Below, one piece after another: positions 41,501 to 52,995 of a stretch of DNA of 64,000 bases. The stretch covers positions 64,706,788 to 64,770,787 of the forward strand of contig CM120640.1 in the NCBI GenBank assembly GCA_051362555.1. Reading direction: 5' to 3'. Each line of letters starts with the position of its first letter. The stretch's first letter is position 1. The translations under genes were made by a program, and so were the position numbers. Source of the stretch: Lingula anatina (taxonomy: Eukaryota > Animalia > Brachiopoda). The notes under the pieces were generated by a model. It saw nothing but the letters and a program-made list of their open reading frames with translations, had not been told where the DNA came from and searched no databases.

Positions 41501-44189
41501 TGAGAAAATATCGTAGGCCTTTTCTCCTCTGCCTGACTGTTCTATTACTATAGGGATATAGCTCATGCTACATCTACTGGTGAAATGGCCATGGCATCTT
41601 GTCAGGGTTTGTCCAAAAGACTGAAAGAAAAGTTCAATTTATCAATTATTAATAGAATTTTTTAACTTATACTCCGAAATGATCTTGAGACATCTGGAGG
41701 ATTGTTCAGAAGGAGTCTGTCAATGGTGTCAGGATAAACAATCTTCGCTATGCTGATGACACAGTTCTTCTAGCTACGTCGAGTGAGGATCTCCAAAATA
41801 TTTTTGATGCTGCTGTTTTCTCCAGTGCAAAGCTTGGACTACATGTCAACAGCAAGAAAACAAAAACCATGGTGGTTTCAAAGTCAAAGGTCACACCACT
41901 TTGCAGATTGCTTCACGGGAACACTCCCATCGACCAGGTCTCCTCATTCAACTATCTTGGAGCTCTTGTGACATCCAATGCCTGTTGCAAGAAATCCAAA
42001 GAAGAATTGGCCAAGCGAAAAATGCATTCACCTGTCTCAGTGCAATCTTCATGGATTGTGGGCTGTCTTTCAAGATAAAAATCCGCCTCCTCAAAACCTG
42101 TGTCTGATCTAGTCTTCTGTATGGCTGCAAGTCTTGGGACTTTGACAGCAGAGACTCAACGTAACACTTAAGCAGCTGAAATGTGGTTCTATAGGCAAAT
42201 GCTCCGAATCTCCTACATTGATCATGTTACCAATGAAGAGGTCCTTAAACAGACTGAACAAAAAGGACATCTCCTCAACACTGTCAGGGATAGACAACTG
42301 AAGTTCTTGGGTCATTCCATCAGAAAAAAGGATTGGAAAATCTTAGCCTTAGTGGTAAAATACCTGGCAAAAGTGCATCAGGCAGACAACGAAAGACCTT
42401 CCTTGACAATTTTGAATTACCAACAAGACACCTTTGGTCATGGGCAAGAAACAGGACCCTTTGGTCAAATACACCGAATTGGTGATGGCACATAAAGAAG
42501 AAGAATAGAATTCTTTTTAAATTTTTTTTTAAAGTGTATTGATCATTCCTCTGATCATTCTTCACTAATAAATAAAGTATTTCAATTTTTTCTATGAAAA
42601 TATTTCTATCAAAAATATTCGAAAAATTGAAAGAAAAAATCTGAGTAAATAACAATGTTGGTGATGTAAGAAACAACATAACAGGCTTCAGCAAAAGGTT
42701 TGAGAACCTTTCATCCGCAAAATTTTCACTAAGGAAGTAAAAATTTAGCTTATCTCACCGTCTTGCATTACACCCATTTGTATTAAGGATACTGTAAGTG
42801 TTTGCCAGAAAACCCTTACATATATTCTTTTGGTTAACAGATAAATCTTCACTGTTCAATGACTAAATAAATTAACATTTATACACATATCATCTAACGG
42901 GTGCACCATGATTGCAATTTTAGGGTATTTACCGTAAACGGAAAAATCACTTTCTCAAACTTCTCCTTTACCTGAGCACCCACAAACACCATTTTAACAC
43001 TAATTAAATGACACCATTTGGTACTCCAAAACCCAGCCAGCGATTTATCTTACTCTTAGTACAGATTCTATCATTGATAAAGCAAAATAACACCTTTGTT
43101 AAATGAAATTAATGGCTCATAACTCTATAACAAAATCATTTAAACCAAAATGATAGAAAAGAATGGAAGCCTATACACTTGTGTTTGAGTATGCCCATTT
43201 TTGTGATAAAATCTTGTTCAGGGATGAAATTACGCCTAACACGGGTTACACCCATTGCTATCTTAAATTGATGATAGAAGATATCAGTTGCCTATGCTCA
43301 TACATAGCAACGAGAAATTTAAATGCCACTATTTCACAATTTCGAAGGGATTTTTATTGTTTAAAATAAGCAAAAAGATGCATTATTAAATAAATTGGAT
43401 GCAGGGAAATGCTCATTTTCAGTATCTGAAATAATACTGTGCTTTTTTTAGAACCAGTGAAGGTACATGTAAAATATGCCACCTTTGACAATATATGCAG
43501 AATAAGAACGCTCTTATTTCAAAGATTTTTTTTAACCAAATCTCCAGGTCTTTTGAAAAAAAAATGCCCCAATTTTTTACCTCAGAGGTTAGAGGTTCTT
43601 ATTCTGATCTATTTAGTTACATGCCTTTTCTTAAACTTACACAAGATTTAAAGCAATGTTTTTTTTTCCAAAAACTGTTTAATGAGCAAATCCAAAAATT
43701 AAATATCTTTCTAACATCCCAGTCCTTAAAACAAAGAAAGTATGTTATGCAATTCAATAAATAAATAAATAAAAACTATAAAAATCAGACTTGAGACTTG
43801 GGGGGGGGGGGCTGCAAAAATACCAAATTGAAAACAATATGGTATAACAAAGTTTGTCACAAGAATGAGTTAACACTCAACACTAATTTTATGGTCAGTG
43901 ACAAGTATCTTGGATATCATTTGAAATTCAGTAAAACAGGGCAACAAAATATTAGTCTAAACTAGCTTAACCCCCCCCCCCCCCCACACACACACACACA
44001 ACACACACACGCAGACTGCATTGTAAAAACCATGTGGTAATGCAAATCATCACTGCATTCTCATTCTCACAACGTTGCCCTCAAGTGAGTTTATAGTCCT
44101 AATATCTACATGCAAATGTTTAACGATATCAGATGAGACCTATTTAGTCTAGACTATTTTCATTTTCTACACACCTTGAAATGTCGCAT
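38526..44189 (-). CDS. CLPP: ATP-dependent Clp protease proteolytic subunit, mitochondrial (230 aa)
   Basis: Minus-strand exons 44189-44175, 41620-41462, 40886-40790, 40145-39958, 39715-39610, 38653-38526(TAG). Motifs: [46 protein letters not shown] (catalytic Ser), RIMIHQP (His), [24 protein letters not shown] (Asp). The Arg/Ser-rich, acid-free N-terminus [23 protein letters not shown] fits a mitochondrial transit peptide. The 15-nt first exon is the least certain part. Confidence 0.95.
41004..41321. mobile_element. MITE with TTAA TSD (Kolobok-like) in CLPP intron 2
   Basis: TTAA|AGGGATAATAACTCTTCAT ... ATGAACAGTTATTATCCCT|TTAA. Confidence 0.8.
41660..42503 (+). mobile_element. 5'-truncated, decayed non-LTR retrotransposon (RTE-like LINE) in CLPP intron 1, antisense to CLPP
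   Basis: Reverse-transcriptase remnants [73 protein letters not shown], with frameshifts and stops. The 3' end is AAG-repeat-like. A 9-bp target-site duplication AATAGAATT lies at 41651-41659 and 42504-42512. Confidence 0.9.
42787..43435. mobile_element. Second, 3'-degraded copy of the 22580-23280 element, CLPP intron 1
   Basis: Starts TTAA|GGATACTGTAA and is colinear with copy 1 in the same orientation. The right TIR is not recognisable. Confidence 0.7.
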
Positions 44190-44350
44190 TTTGCAGCCGA
44201 TTAACAACTAAGACTTCCTGCTGAAATACGCATGCGTGGTATGGATTTCTGGGTAGTTTACAAATGGTAGACAGCGAGGTTGAGATAATGTAACATCACT
44301 TAAGTTTTTATATAATTCTCACTATAACACGTATTTACTCGAAAAACAAG
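44190..44350. promoter_or_regulatory. Candidate bidirectional promoter between CLPP and the CARD-TPR gene
   Basis: The CLPP ATG (44189, minus) and a plus-strand donor (44350) are 160 bp apart. ETS/GABP-type ACTTCCTG at 44213-44220 and NRF-1-like palindrome ACGCATGCGT at 44228-44237. Confidence 0.55.
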
Positions 44351-44415
44351 GTATGTGCGATGTTAAAAATAGCCATATGAATGTTTAGAAATTAATTTGT
44401 TATCATCTGCTTATT

Positions 44416-44520
44416 GTACCCGGGATTTGTCAAGATTTACAATATGTTTACAAGTGCCCGGTCGGCTCTGGCTTGTTGCTATGCAAAAGGAACATACACC
44501 TGCCGTATGTTTTGCGGTAG
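44416..44520 (+). repeat. Interspersed repeat, copy 2
   Basis: Homologous to 37720-37832 in the opposite orientation. Confidence 0.75.
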
Positions 44521-45314
44521 TATTTATTATCAGAGCTGTGCTTTACTGTTCTTTATATAAAACAAACTTTAACATACACGTCACTACTAGTAAAATTCAA
44601 AATTTGGCTTATTTTGATAAATATATCTTCCACGTCTGTACATGTACTTGTGCTCTCGATGTACATGTAATTTTGCTACCACAAAATGTCAAAACGACCG
44701 TTGTGATACCATACTAGTCCGCCGTTGTGCATATGTGCCAGGATAAATTGATATCTAGACGCACAAGTCATTGGTTCTTAGTTTAGTTCTGTGGTCATTG
44801 GAAATATGGTTTAAAATAAAATTTAATGCTGAGCCACATTAATGTAGCGGTAGGACAGCCTTGTGCCTAAAGTTGTTTTCACTATTTTATGTTTTATTTA
44901 TGTCATTTTACTTCTGTTTTATTTTTACTTTACCTTTTTTTGGACATTTATGCATGCTCACCTATTTTTATTTTGGTTTTGTTTCAGTTATGGCCAAGCT
45001 TGAACAGAAATATTATGTTACAAGCCCTAGGTAAAACAAATTTCCTGCCATCTCAAATTCTTAACATCAGAATTTTCATATCTTTTGTGTATATTTCACA
45101 ATTAATAATTGATTATGAATGTTTATGAACATGAACAAATTTGATAATTGACAGTTTATTGCACTCTGTGACACTGAGTGATGATAAACATATCCTAAAT
45201 CTGATGCCACAAGTAGGGTAATGAAAGGGTGCTTTTATTTTCATGAAGATAACCTCTATGCATTTGGGGAGGATAAAAGAGGCATATGCTTGTGGCTCTT
45301 AAATTACAAAAATC

Positions 45315-45453
45315 TTCTCAAACACAAGCCTAAAATTTTCTGTATCATTAGCTTATGGCCAACCTGGTCGAAGGCCTTCATCAGACTGACGTGAGTAGTT
45401 GTTCACACTCACTAAGCTAAAGGTATGGAAAATTTTAGGCTTGTGTTTGAGAA
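45315..45453 (-). other. Hairpin element (perfect 26-bp inverted repeat) enclosing a decayed hammerhead-ribozyme-like core
   Basis: TTCTCAAACACAAGCCTAAAATTTTC (45315-45340) is mirrored at 45428-45453. The minus strand reads TTAGCTT-A..GTGAGT..ACTCACGTCAGT-CTGATGA-AGGCC..GGCC-ATAA-GCTAA, with the GAAA box mutated. Confidence 0.55.
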
Positions 45454-46140
45454 TTTTCATGTATATCCAACAACCAAGCTAATGAACATTTTTGCTCATT
45501 TACAAAAATCTTAGTCCAAAAGTGCATGGCAGAATGAATTTTTTAGTGTTTTGCCCACAATTTTATAGAAAAGGGAATTATTTGGTCTAATGCTCACTTG
45601 CATAGACTAATGGTCTTAGTTTTCTTTAATAATGCACATCACAACATCAAGCAGAAACATATTTTTCAAGTTTACTGAGACATGTTCCTGTTATTTGTGA
45701 TCAGTGATACTCCCACCAGGATATACATTCTTTTTGGTTTTAAACAACCCATTGTTGTGACATCATAATTGTGAACCCTGCCATCTATCTCTTCCAACAC
45801 AACTAGTTCAAAATGTTCCCACAGTATATGTGACATAAGTGGTATTGTACTTGGCATCATTTTTATTAAAGTGTCATGATCATTTGGATTTAGGCTGCAA
45901 CTGTCTTGAGGAGGTTCATCTCCCAAGAGACCACAATTTCATTTATATTTTGGCCTTGCATATTTTAAAAATCATAGATGTATGTCACATCAGTATGCAA
46001 TTCAGTGCAGTGGTATTAAATCATATTTTAGGGGAATATATTGGAATGTTTTGAGATATTCAAATTAACACTTTGGAGCATTATTTATTGACCCAAAGTA
46101 TATTTTTTCCTTTTTAAACAGAGCAATTATTGTGCCAAAC

Positions 46141-49100
46141 ATGGGCTCCATTGATGTCCAGAACAAGGCCAGGCTTAGAGTGAACAGAATAGCTATTGTA
46201 CAGGACTTGAAAGTAGAACATGTGTTAGAGCATCTCCAAGAGCAAAATGTAATCGACATGAAGGATGTAAATGAAATTGAAAGTGGAACAACACATCAAG
46301 ACAAAGCCAGGCTCCTTCTTGATGTACTGTCGACAAAAGAGAAAGGATCGGACTGGTATAAACACTTCAGGTATGCTCTGGTCAATGCCAAAGCTGATGC
46401 AGCCACTAGGAAAACATACCACATGTTAGTGGAGTTCTTGGACAACACAATCATCAAACCCAAAACATCTCCAAGGGGTAACATAAGTGAAACTGACCAG
46501 AGAGTGGATCTGCTGAAATTTCCAAAATACTCCCCCTTGCCTAACATATCCCCAGAGATCCCAAGTGTTGTAAGTGGGCGTGGCACTGTAACATTCAATG
46601 TTGATGAGAGTCCTGCTGAAGAGAAAGGTGAATTGGAGAGCAGACAGTCTGAAAAGCCATCTCATAGTGAAGAGAAAACACCCATTCTAAGAGCCACATC
46701 TGTGCCTGCAGGATCATTTGAGCTTAAAGCACCAGAAAACTACACCAGCCTACTTGAATACCCAGTTGAACATGCCAGGCACCTGGAAGAATCACCTCTC
46801 ATGGCAGACAAAATGCAACTGGCTGATGAAGAGGAAGTTTTCCGTAAAATGCAGCAGCTGGAAGTCGCCTATGCTCTTCATTCTAGACATCAGTTACCTT
46901 GTGGGTCACTGCTGATGAGTCAAGCAGCCCAAGATTTTCTGTTTGATCGTGATTGCCATCATCTTTACATGAAGTATTTTGACCAACTGAAGAAATCCCA
47001 CTACATAGACATTGCCAAGGAATTTGTAGGGGTTTATGCATTGCTCGTGGAGACCATAGAAAATCCTAATACCCACGATTCCATCATGTTAATGACCAAG
47101 ATCTGCTTTAACCTTGTATACTTTCTCCAAGAATTTGGTTACTTTCCTGAAGCAGAGAAGATCCTAGTTTCATTTCAGCAGTATTTATCCAAGTACCCTG
47201 GAATTGAGAGCTGGAAATCTGAGTATGACGCCAGTGTTTTGCTGATGACACTCTGCAACAATAACTATGACTTTAACAGGGCTGACAATGCATATTATGC
47301 TGCCATGAGGGCAAGTAACAACATTGAGATGGTGGCATTTGGAAAGGACATCTTAGACCAAGGAGAGCAGTTTCTTCAAAATAGTATTATGCTAAGAGAG
47401 ATTGGTAGTATTGGGCCGGCTTACATGTGGATACAGAAAGCTATGATGGTAAGGAAACATTAGTTTTAAATCAAAATTTTCCCCTGCCCATAATCAACGG
47501 ATGGATTTATTTATAAGTAATTTCAGCAGGCACACAATTTGAATGATCTTTGCATAAAATTCTGTGTGGAAGCTTGCATAATTGTGCAGTTTATTTATCA
47601 ACTATTTTTTTGCATGTATATTATACTTATATATATATATACCATTTTCACTAGAATATGTCAGTTTCAATATTTGGATTGAAAAATCTTTTTTCCTCTT
47701 ATCAGGAGGTAGAGCCTTCCAACCACCATACAATAATAAATGTGTTATGTGAATCAGTCCTCACCTACAGTGCCAAGGCTAATTTGAAGAAAGCGGAGGA
47801 ACTGGCAATACAAGCTGTGAGACAGGCAAAGTATGTCCTAATGCACAAATGACTGCAGAAGTTATGCTTTTAAAAAAACTTTCTGGAATATTGCCATTTT
47901 ATAATAATGATAATGAAGACCTTTAATTGGAGGTAGAATTTATGACAGAAAATGAAAAAGGTTTTAACTATACATTTTTAAAATCATCTTTGCATATTTG
48001 TCATATTTCAGGGAGTTCTTTGGGACCAATCATCCCCAATACTTGAAAGCCTTGCTACATTATTGTTACTTCTCCAATGAATGCAGACAGGATACATTTG
48101 GGGTGGATGCAGCCAAGGTGAATGAGGATTAATTTTTTGAAATACACAAGAATTTAAGTCTGCTTGTAATTACAATTATTCTTTCAGACATATCACAAAT
48201 TTAAGCCATATAAATGATGAATTACTTGCTGGTAGTATGGATAACTCTTAGAATTTTTTATAGAAAATTTACATATGCTAAAATAATTATGATTCAGATC
48301 TTGGTCAAATAGTTTTAACTAAACTGCATGCATATGTGCATCATTTTTGTCAGGTTGTAATATTATTAATATCCTGGAGTAAGCACCTTATTAATTCTGA
48401 AATACAGATACATTTTGTAGCTTTACTTAAATAGCCTGATAGTGGTTGGTAATACATTAAGCACCATTCACCAACATCATCTCTTCTGAAAATATCACAT
48501 GATCAGATACTGTTACACATTTTCTTATTTGAGATATGTTTGTGTTGTCTAGGATGCAGTGGTTGTGGCTTTGAAAATCTATGGCATGGAGACCCTTCAT
48601 GCTGCCCTGGCTTACAGAGCCCTGGCCAAAGCCCTGATTGTCTGCCAGGATTTCAGTGAGGACTTGTATTTATCCTATGCACAGACAGCTCTCCAGATTG
48701 CCATGGATAACATACCAAGTCTCCATCCTAAGCTGTCCTTGTTCAGGCATACGCTTGGTAAGTTCCCCTCTCTGCCCCCCCCCCCCCCCCCAATAATTAA
48801 TTAATTAATAAATGATCAGGTAGGCTTAGAAATAGATTAACAATCGTTAATAAAATAGGTAAAATTCATCCTAGTCAAACTGTTTGAAAAAATTTCCTTA
48901 AATCTAGGTTTAATAGTAAAGAAGGTTTCTACATAGCAATACTTTCTATTGACTTTTGTAGTATGACACTGATTACAGGGGTACCTAACAGTCTGGGCAC
49001 CAGTGAAGCTTTGCATGTACATGTACATGTACACTATTCCAATCACAAAACCAAACTTACTGGCATATAAAATAGGAAACTTATTTATTCATTATATATA

Positions 49101-49752
49101 AATGAAATTTCCGTTTTTCTCTTCGCCACAGCTACCTGTTTACAATGGAAAGCTGTCAATGCACTGAAGGATGAGAGAGTAGGGCCCCTGATCCAGGCAG
49201 AGGCTGAGGCCAAAGCTTATCTCAATACTACTGTGGCATTCTTCGGTGATATCAGTCTGAAAAGTGCACAGGGTCACAGCCTGCTGGGACAGATATACAT
49301 CAAGATGGACAGGTAATTTTTTTAATTAAGAGAAAAAAAGATGCACAGGCAATAAAACCAAGATGCACAAAGGAAAAGAATACAAACAAGGTGCTGCATT
49401 ATTTTCAGAAGTCCAAGGTGAAATGAAAAATTTTCTTTTCAAAGGCATACTGGCACAATGTGCATTTGACAGATTAGACCATTCTGTAGTGAAAAAAAAA
49501 AATTCCTAGAAATTTCAACAATTTCCCCAAATCACCAAGCTATATCATATCCAAAACTATTGAGAAAATTACAAAATTATTATTTTATTATTTTGTAGCT
49601 TTATTTTCACTTGCACCATTTCAAGTGAAATTCATCAATCTGCATCTGTGTTATGAGACACAAAAACTAGAAAGAATTCAAAAAGGGTTTTATAGGTCTG
49701 AACTTTGTCAATGGTTTTGGGTATGGTATATTTTGGGGTTTTAGGGCTTTCC

Positions 49753-49810
<58 letters not shown>

Positions 49811-50883
49811 GCTCATTGTGTACCTTTAAAATATCTTTTGTAAGTTGCATTTTATTATCAATAAATAGTGTAGTTAGGAGCACAATAAAGATGTTTCTTT
49901 TGCATATGACAAATGCAATTTTTATATTATACTTTTTTTAAGATATGAAGAAGCTGAAGAAAAGCTGAAAATGAGCTTAGAGATTTTGAAACTTTGCCAG
50001 CCCCATAACAGCTATTACGCTTACATGGCCAAAGCAACATATGGCACATTCTGTAAGTTGACAGAGAGACCGGAGATCGCTATTGACTTGCTGAAGGATG
50101 TGGTGGATAATGTTGGTAAGTGCACCAGGTATGCATTTTCACTCTTGTGGAAGTGGCCATAACTGGAAAGCTTGGAAAATACATATGCATGAGATATGTT
50201 ACAGTCAAAATTTTATGCTTTGTGCTATTTAAAGCATATTTTTCCTTAAGCTAGCGAGTATATTTGATACATATTTTTAAAATATATTTTCACGTTATAC
50301 ATACATATCAGATGCTTCCATTTTTAAATTAAATTTTTACTTTTATTGAATCCTAGGATCTTATGTTGGAGCTTAGTTGAATCATAACAGATATTTAAAT
50401 GAACTTTTCAAAGAAATTATAACTATCAAATCTCTGCACGTTGTTATTGTGTTTGTGATATTTAAGTCATTAGTTGTCCCATGTTGTATTTTAGTAAAGC
50501 AGCACAAGGCTGTACTGTCATTTCAATTAAAAACAGAGAGGAAGGTCCCAAACAATTAACCTATTACATATCATATCTATTACATTTATGTTCTAGATTG
50601 TGGAGGGATGTGGCAGAGATGGATAGAGATGTGTTTTGAGACTCTAATCTCCTTATTACGAGACAATGGACAACAATCAGAGGCCCAGCATTACCAGGGG
50701 CACCTGCTGGACTTCAACAGGGAAATGGCCAGGCCTAAGCCAGTAACTTGGGATGTCCTGGATGCCAAGCCAGAGCCATGGGAGAAATTTTTACAAGAGG
50801 GTGTCAAGCAGTGGCAAACAAAAGTCTCCTTGGTAAAGGAAGGAATAGCTGGAATGACATTAAATGCTTTGAATTCAACATAG
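46141..50883 (+). CDS. CARD domain + APPBP2-like TPR repeat protein (794 aa)
   Basis: Exons 46141-47448, 47706-47830, 48012-48117, 48553-48757, 49132-49312, 49943-50115, 50597-50883(TAG), all GT-AG and in phase. The N-terminal LRVNRIAIVQDLKVEHVLEHLQEQNVI..EIES..T..DKARLLLDVL..K..WYKHFRYAL is a typical CARD pattern. The C-terminal LVYFLQEFGYFPEAEKIL, AYMWIQKAMME and KKAEELAIQAVRQAKEFFGTNHPQYLKALLHYCYF resemble amyloid protein-binding protein 2 TPRs. An acceptor at 46121 implies an upstream non-coding exon (candidate donor AAG|GTATGT at 44350). Confidence 0.88.
49756..49805. repeat. (AT)n microsatellite
   Basis: Directly visible. Confidence 0.95.
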
Positions 50884-50945
50884 AGGAACTTGATGGATGG
50901 AGAAAATGCTAAAAACTCAATTGATGGAGAAGAAATGATGACTTA

Positions 50946-51018
50946 AGGCTCATTTCCATAGAAACTAGCAGTCTATGTAGACCGATAGTAGACCAGTAGT
51001 TTCAATGGGAATGAGCCC
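50946..51018. mobile_element. 73-bp hairpin mini-MITE in the 3' UTR of the CARD-TPR gene
   Basis: TTA|AGGCTCATTTCCATAGAAACTA ... TAGTTTCAATGGGAATGAGCCC|TTA: about 22-bp imperfect TIRs with a TTA TSD. Confidence 0.65.
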
Positions 51019-52274
51019 TTATATTATTTGTTTTTGATCAGTTAATGATTTATAAATATAAAGTGTTGGATCATACTTTAATTTCTGCAGATTTTGTAAA
51101 AAAAACTTTAAAAAGCCAATGTGATGTAAAGAAAATGTTGGATACAATCATTTTGTACATATTAATACTCGGTACTTATAGAAGATGACATTACTACTGT
51201 ATATCAAAAATACAACTGTGATACATCTCAAAAAGCCAAGTGTGATTATGATCAAATGATCTACTGATCTGTGATGTTGTTGCATGCAAAATACTGTTTT
51301 ATTTCATAATGGTAAATATGTATGTGACATGCACCCCATTAATTCAGGTTTCATGATGCAAAGAGCTGTATATCCAGTTCTACTCTATAAATTGAAGGGG
51401 AGGTCATTTACATGTGATTTGTGTCCCTCAACTTTTCTTATTTTTATCTGTGTATAGTTAAAATAACATGTTGTACATAAAATTTTCTTTTTCCTTGGAC
51501 GAATAAAACGTTTTTTTTTCTCAGTGGTTTTCAGTGTGAAGTGCTTCTAAGATATGCACCGATATCCTGCTAACTTCAGTGCATTGGGTTACTGATTATC
51601 AGTTGCCTTCAAACGAATTCAGATTATGCAGTCAATCACTTTGAGACTGTTGACTTTTGAGAAAACTTTCGATTTTGAGAGTTACTAAATAGAGATAAAA
51701 CATAAAGACGAAAGACAAAATTATTTGAAATACAAAAAGTCCAATAAGAATAACGTATCACCTATACAAGGGAAAGCAAAGAGGCAAAAAAAAAAAAACT
51801 CGAATTTAATGGACAAATACATATGGCTTAAAATTTCGATTTTGAATAATAAAAAGATAAACTTGATGCATACAAAAAGATGATCGAAAAGATGCATTTG
51901 GGAACGGTATATTAAATGAATTTATGAGGTGAATTCTACGTTGAATGGAATTGGAAATGTACCTGTATGACTCATAAACTCGTGCGCACTGAAAAAATTC
52001 GAAAATGTTCAAAGATTTTTATCTCCTGCGTATTCCAACTTATACTAACGTTTGTTTGCATGGCCAGAACGACCATGTATGTGACGTAATACTTACCCCT
52101 TGTGTTTTTCTGCATATGAGCATTTTTTTCTTACGTTAAAAATACACTGATGACATTTCGGAAAGTTCAGAATAAATTGTTAGGCTGGATAGTTTTTGTC
52201 AAAATCAGTGTTGGAGAAAAGTGCACATAATTAATCTGAGTCCCTGGTAGAGGGCAGTTATATACTAGGTTATT

Positions 52275-52331
52275 GGGGGGGGGGGGGGGGGGGGGGAGGG
52301 TCGGCTTCGCATCCGCGGACCCCCCTTCAAA
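52275..52331 (-). repeat. One end of a CAGGGGCGGATCCAGG-type short repeat with a poly-G tract
   Basis: The minus strand begins CAGGGGCGGATCCAGG, a terminus common in invertebrate MITEs. The other end was not identified. Confidence 0.4.
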
Positions 52332-52995
52332 TAAGCCTGGATCCGCCCCTGCCACAGTAGCTGTAGAAATAACTGTTGTATATTGTATTTATTGATTTAT
52401 TACAAATAATAAGAATGGTAGTGGAAGGACTGGCAGGAGTATGCTGATTATATGCTGATTATCCACTTTGAGAGGTCCTTACATGTAATAATATAAGTTT
52501 TTTTTTTACTCCTTTTGGCAAGTTATCCGAAAGTTGTTTAGCTAAACTTATTTTTACTGTCTTTCGTGAAACGATCTCGACCATATTCCAGTTAAATGCA
52601 CCGCTCGATAAGGGGCCTATGTGATACAATGTAATAGCCTATCTGAACAAAATTGGCAAATGCACATTTCTTATTTAATATTTACCTTAAATTGTTTTAC
52701 GAAACAATACTAAACTTTTTTTTTTAAATTCAATAATTGACAGGGCAGTGCATGCATTGTTTGATGTGAGAAAATCCTTGGTAAGGTATGAAACACGATC
52801 GCGAGCAAATATTCAAGATTAACGCGTGCGGTATGTGAATAAATTAAGGCAGCTAGGTATTAAGCGAGTGATAGACACAGCGGCATTGAACAAGACAAAA
52901 ATCATCCAGGATACACACAACTCACTTTAAACATAAATACAGTCAGATCTAATAATAGCCACAATACTGGGTCAACTACTGATTACACGCTGATC

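Noticed and set aside
50881-50946. 20 open codons after the CARD gene TAG (possible readthrough)
   Set aside because: TAG-A is a poor readthrough context and such a short open stretch is expected by chance.
52147-52170. CTGATGA..GAAA minimal hammerhead-like string
   Set aside because: No stem I or stem III complementarity around it.
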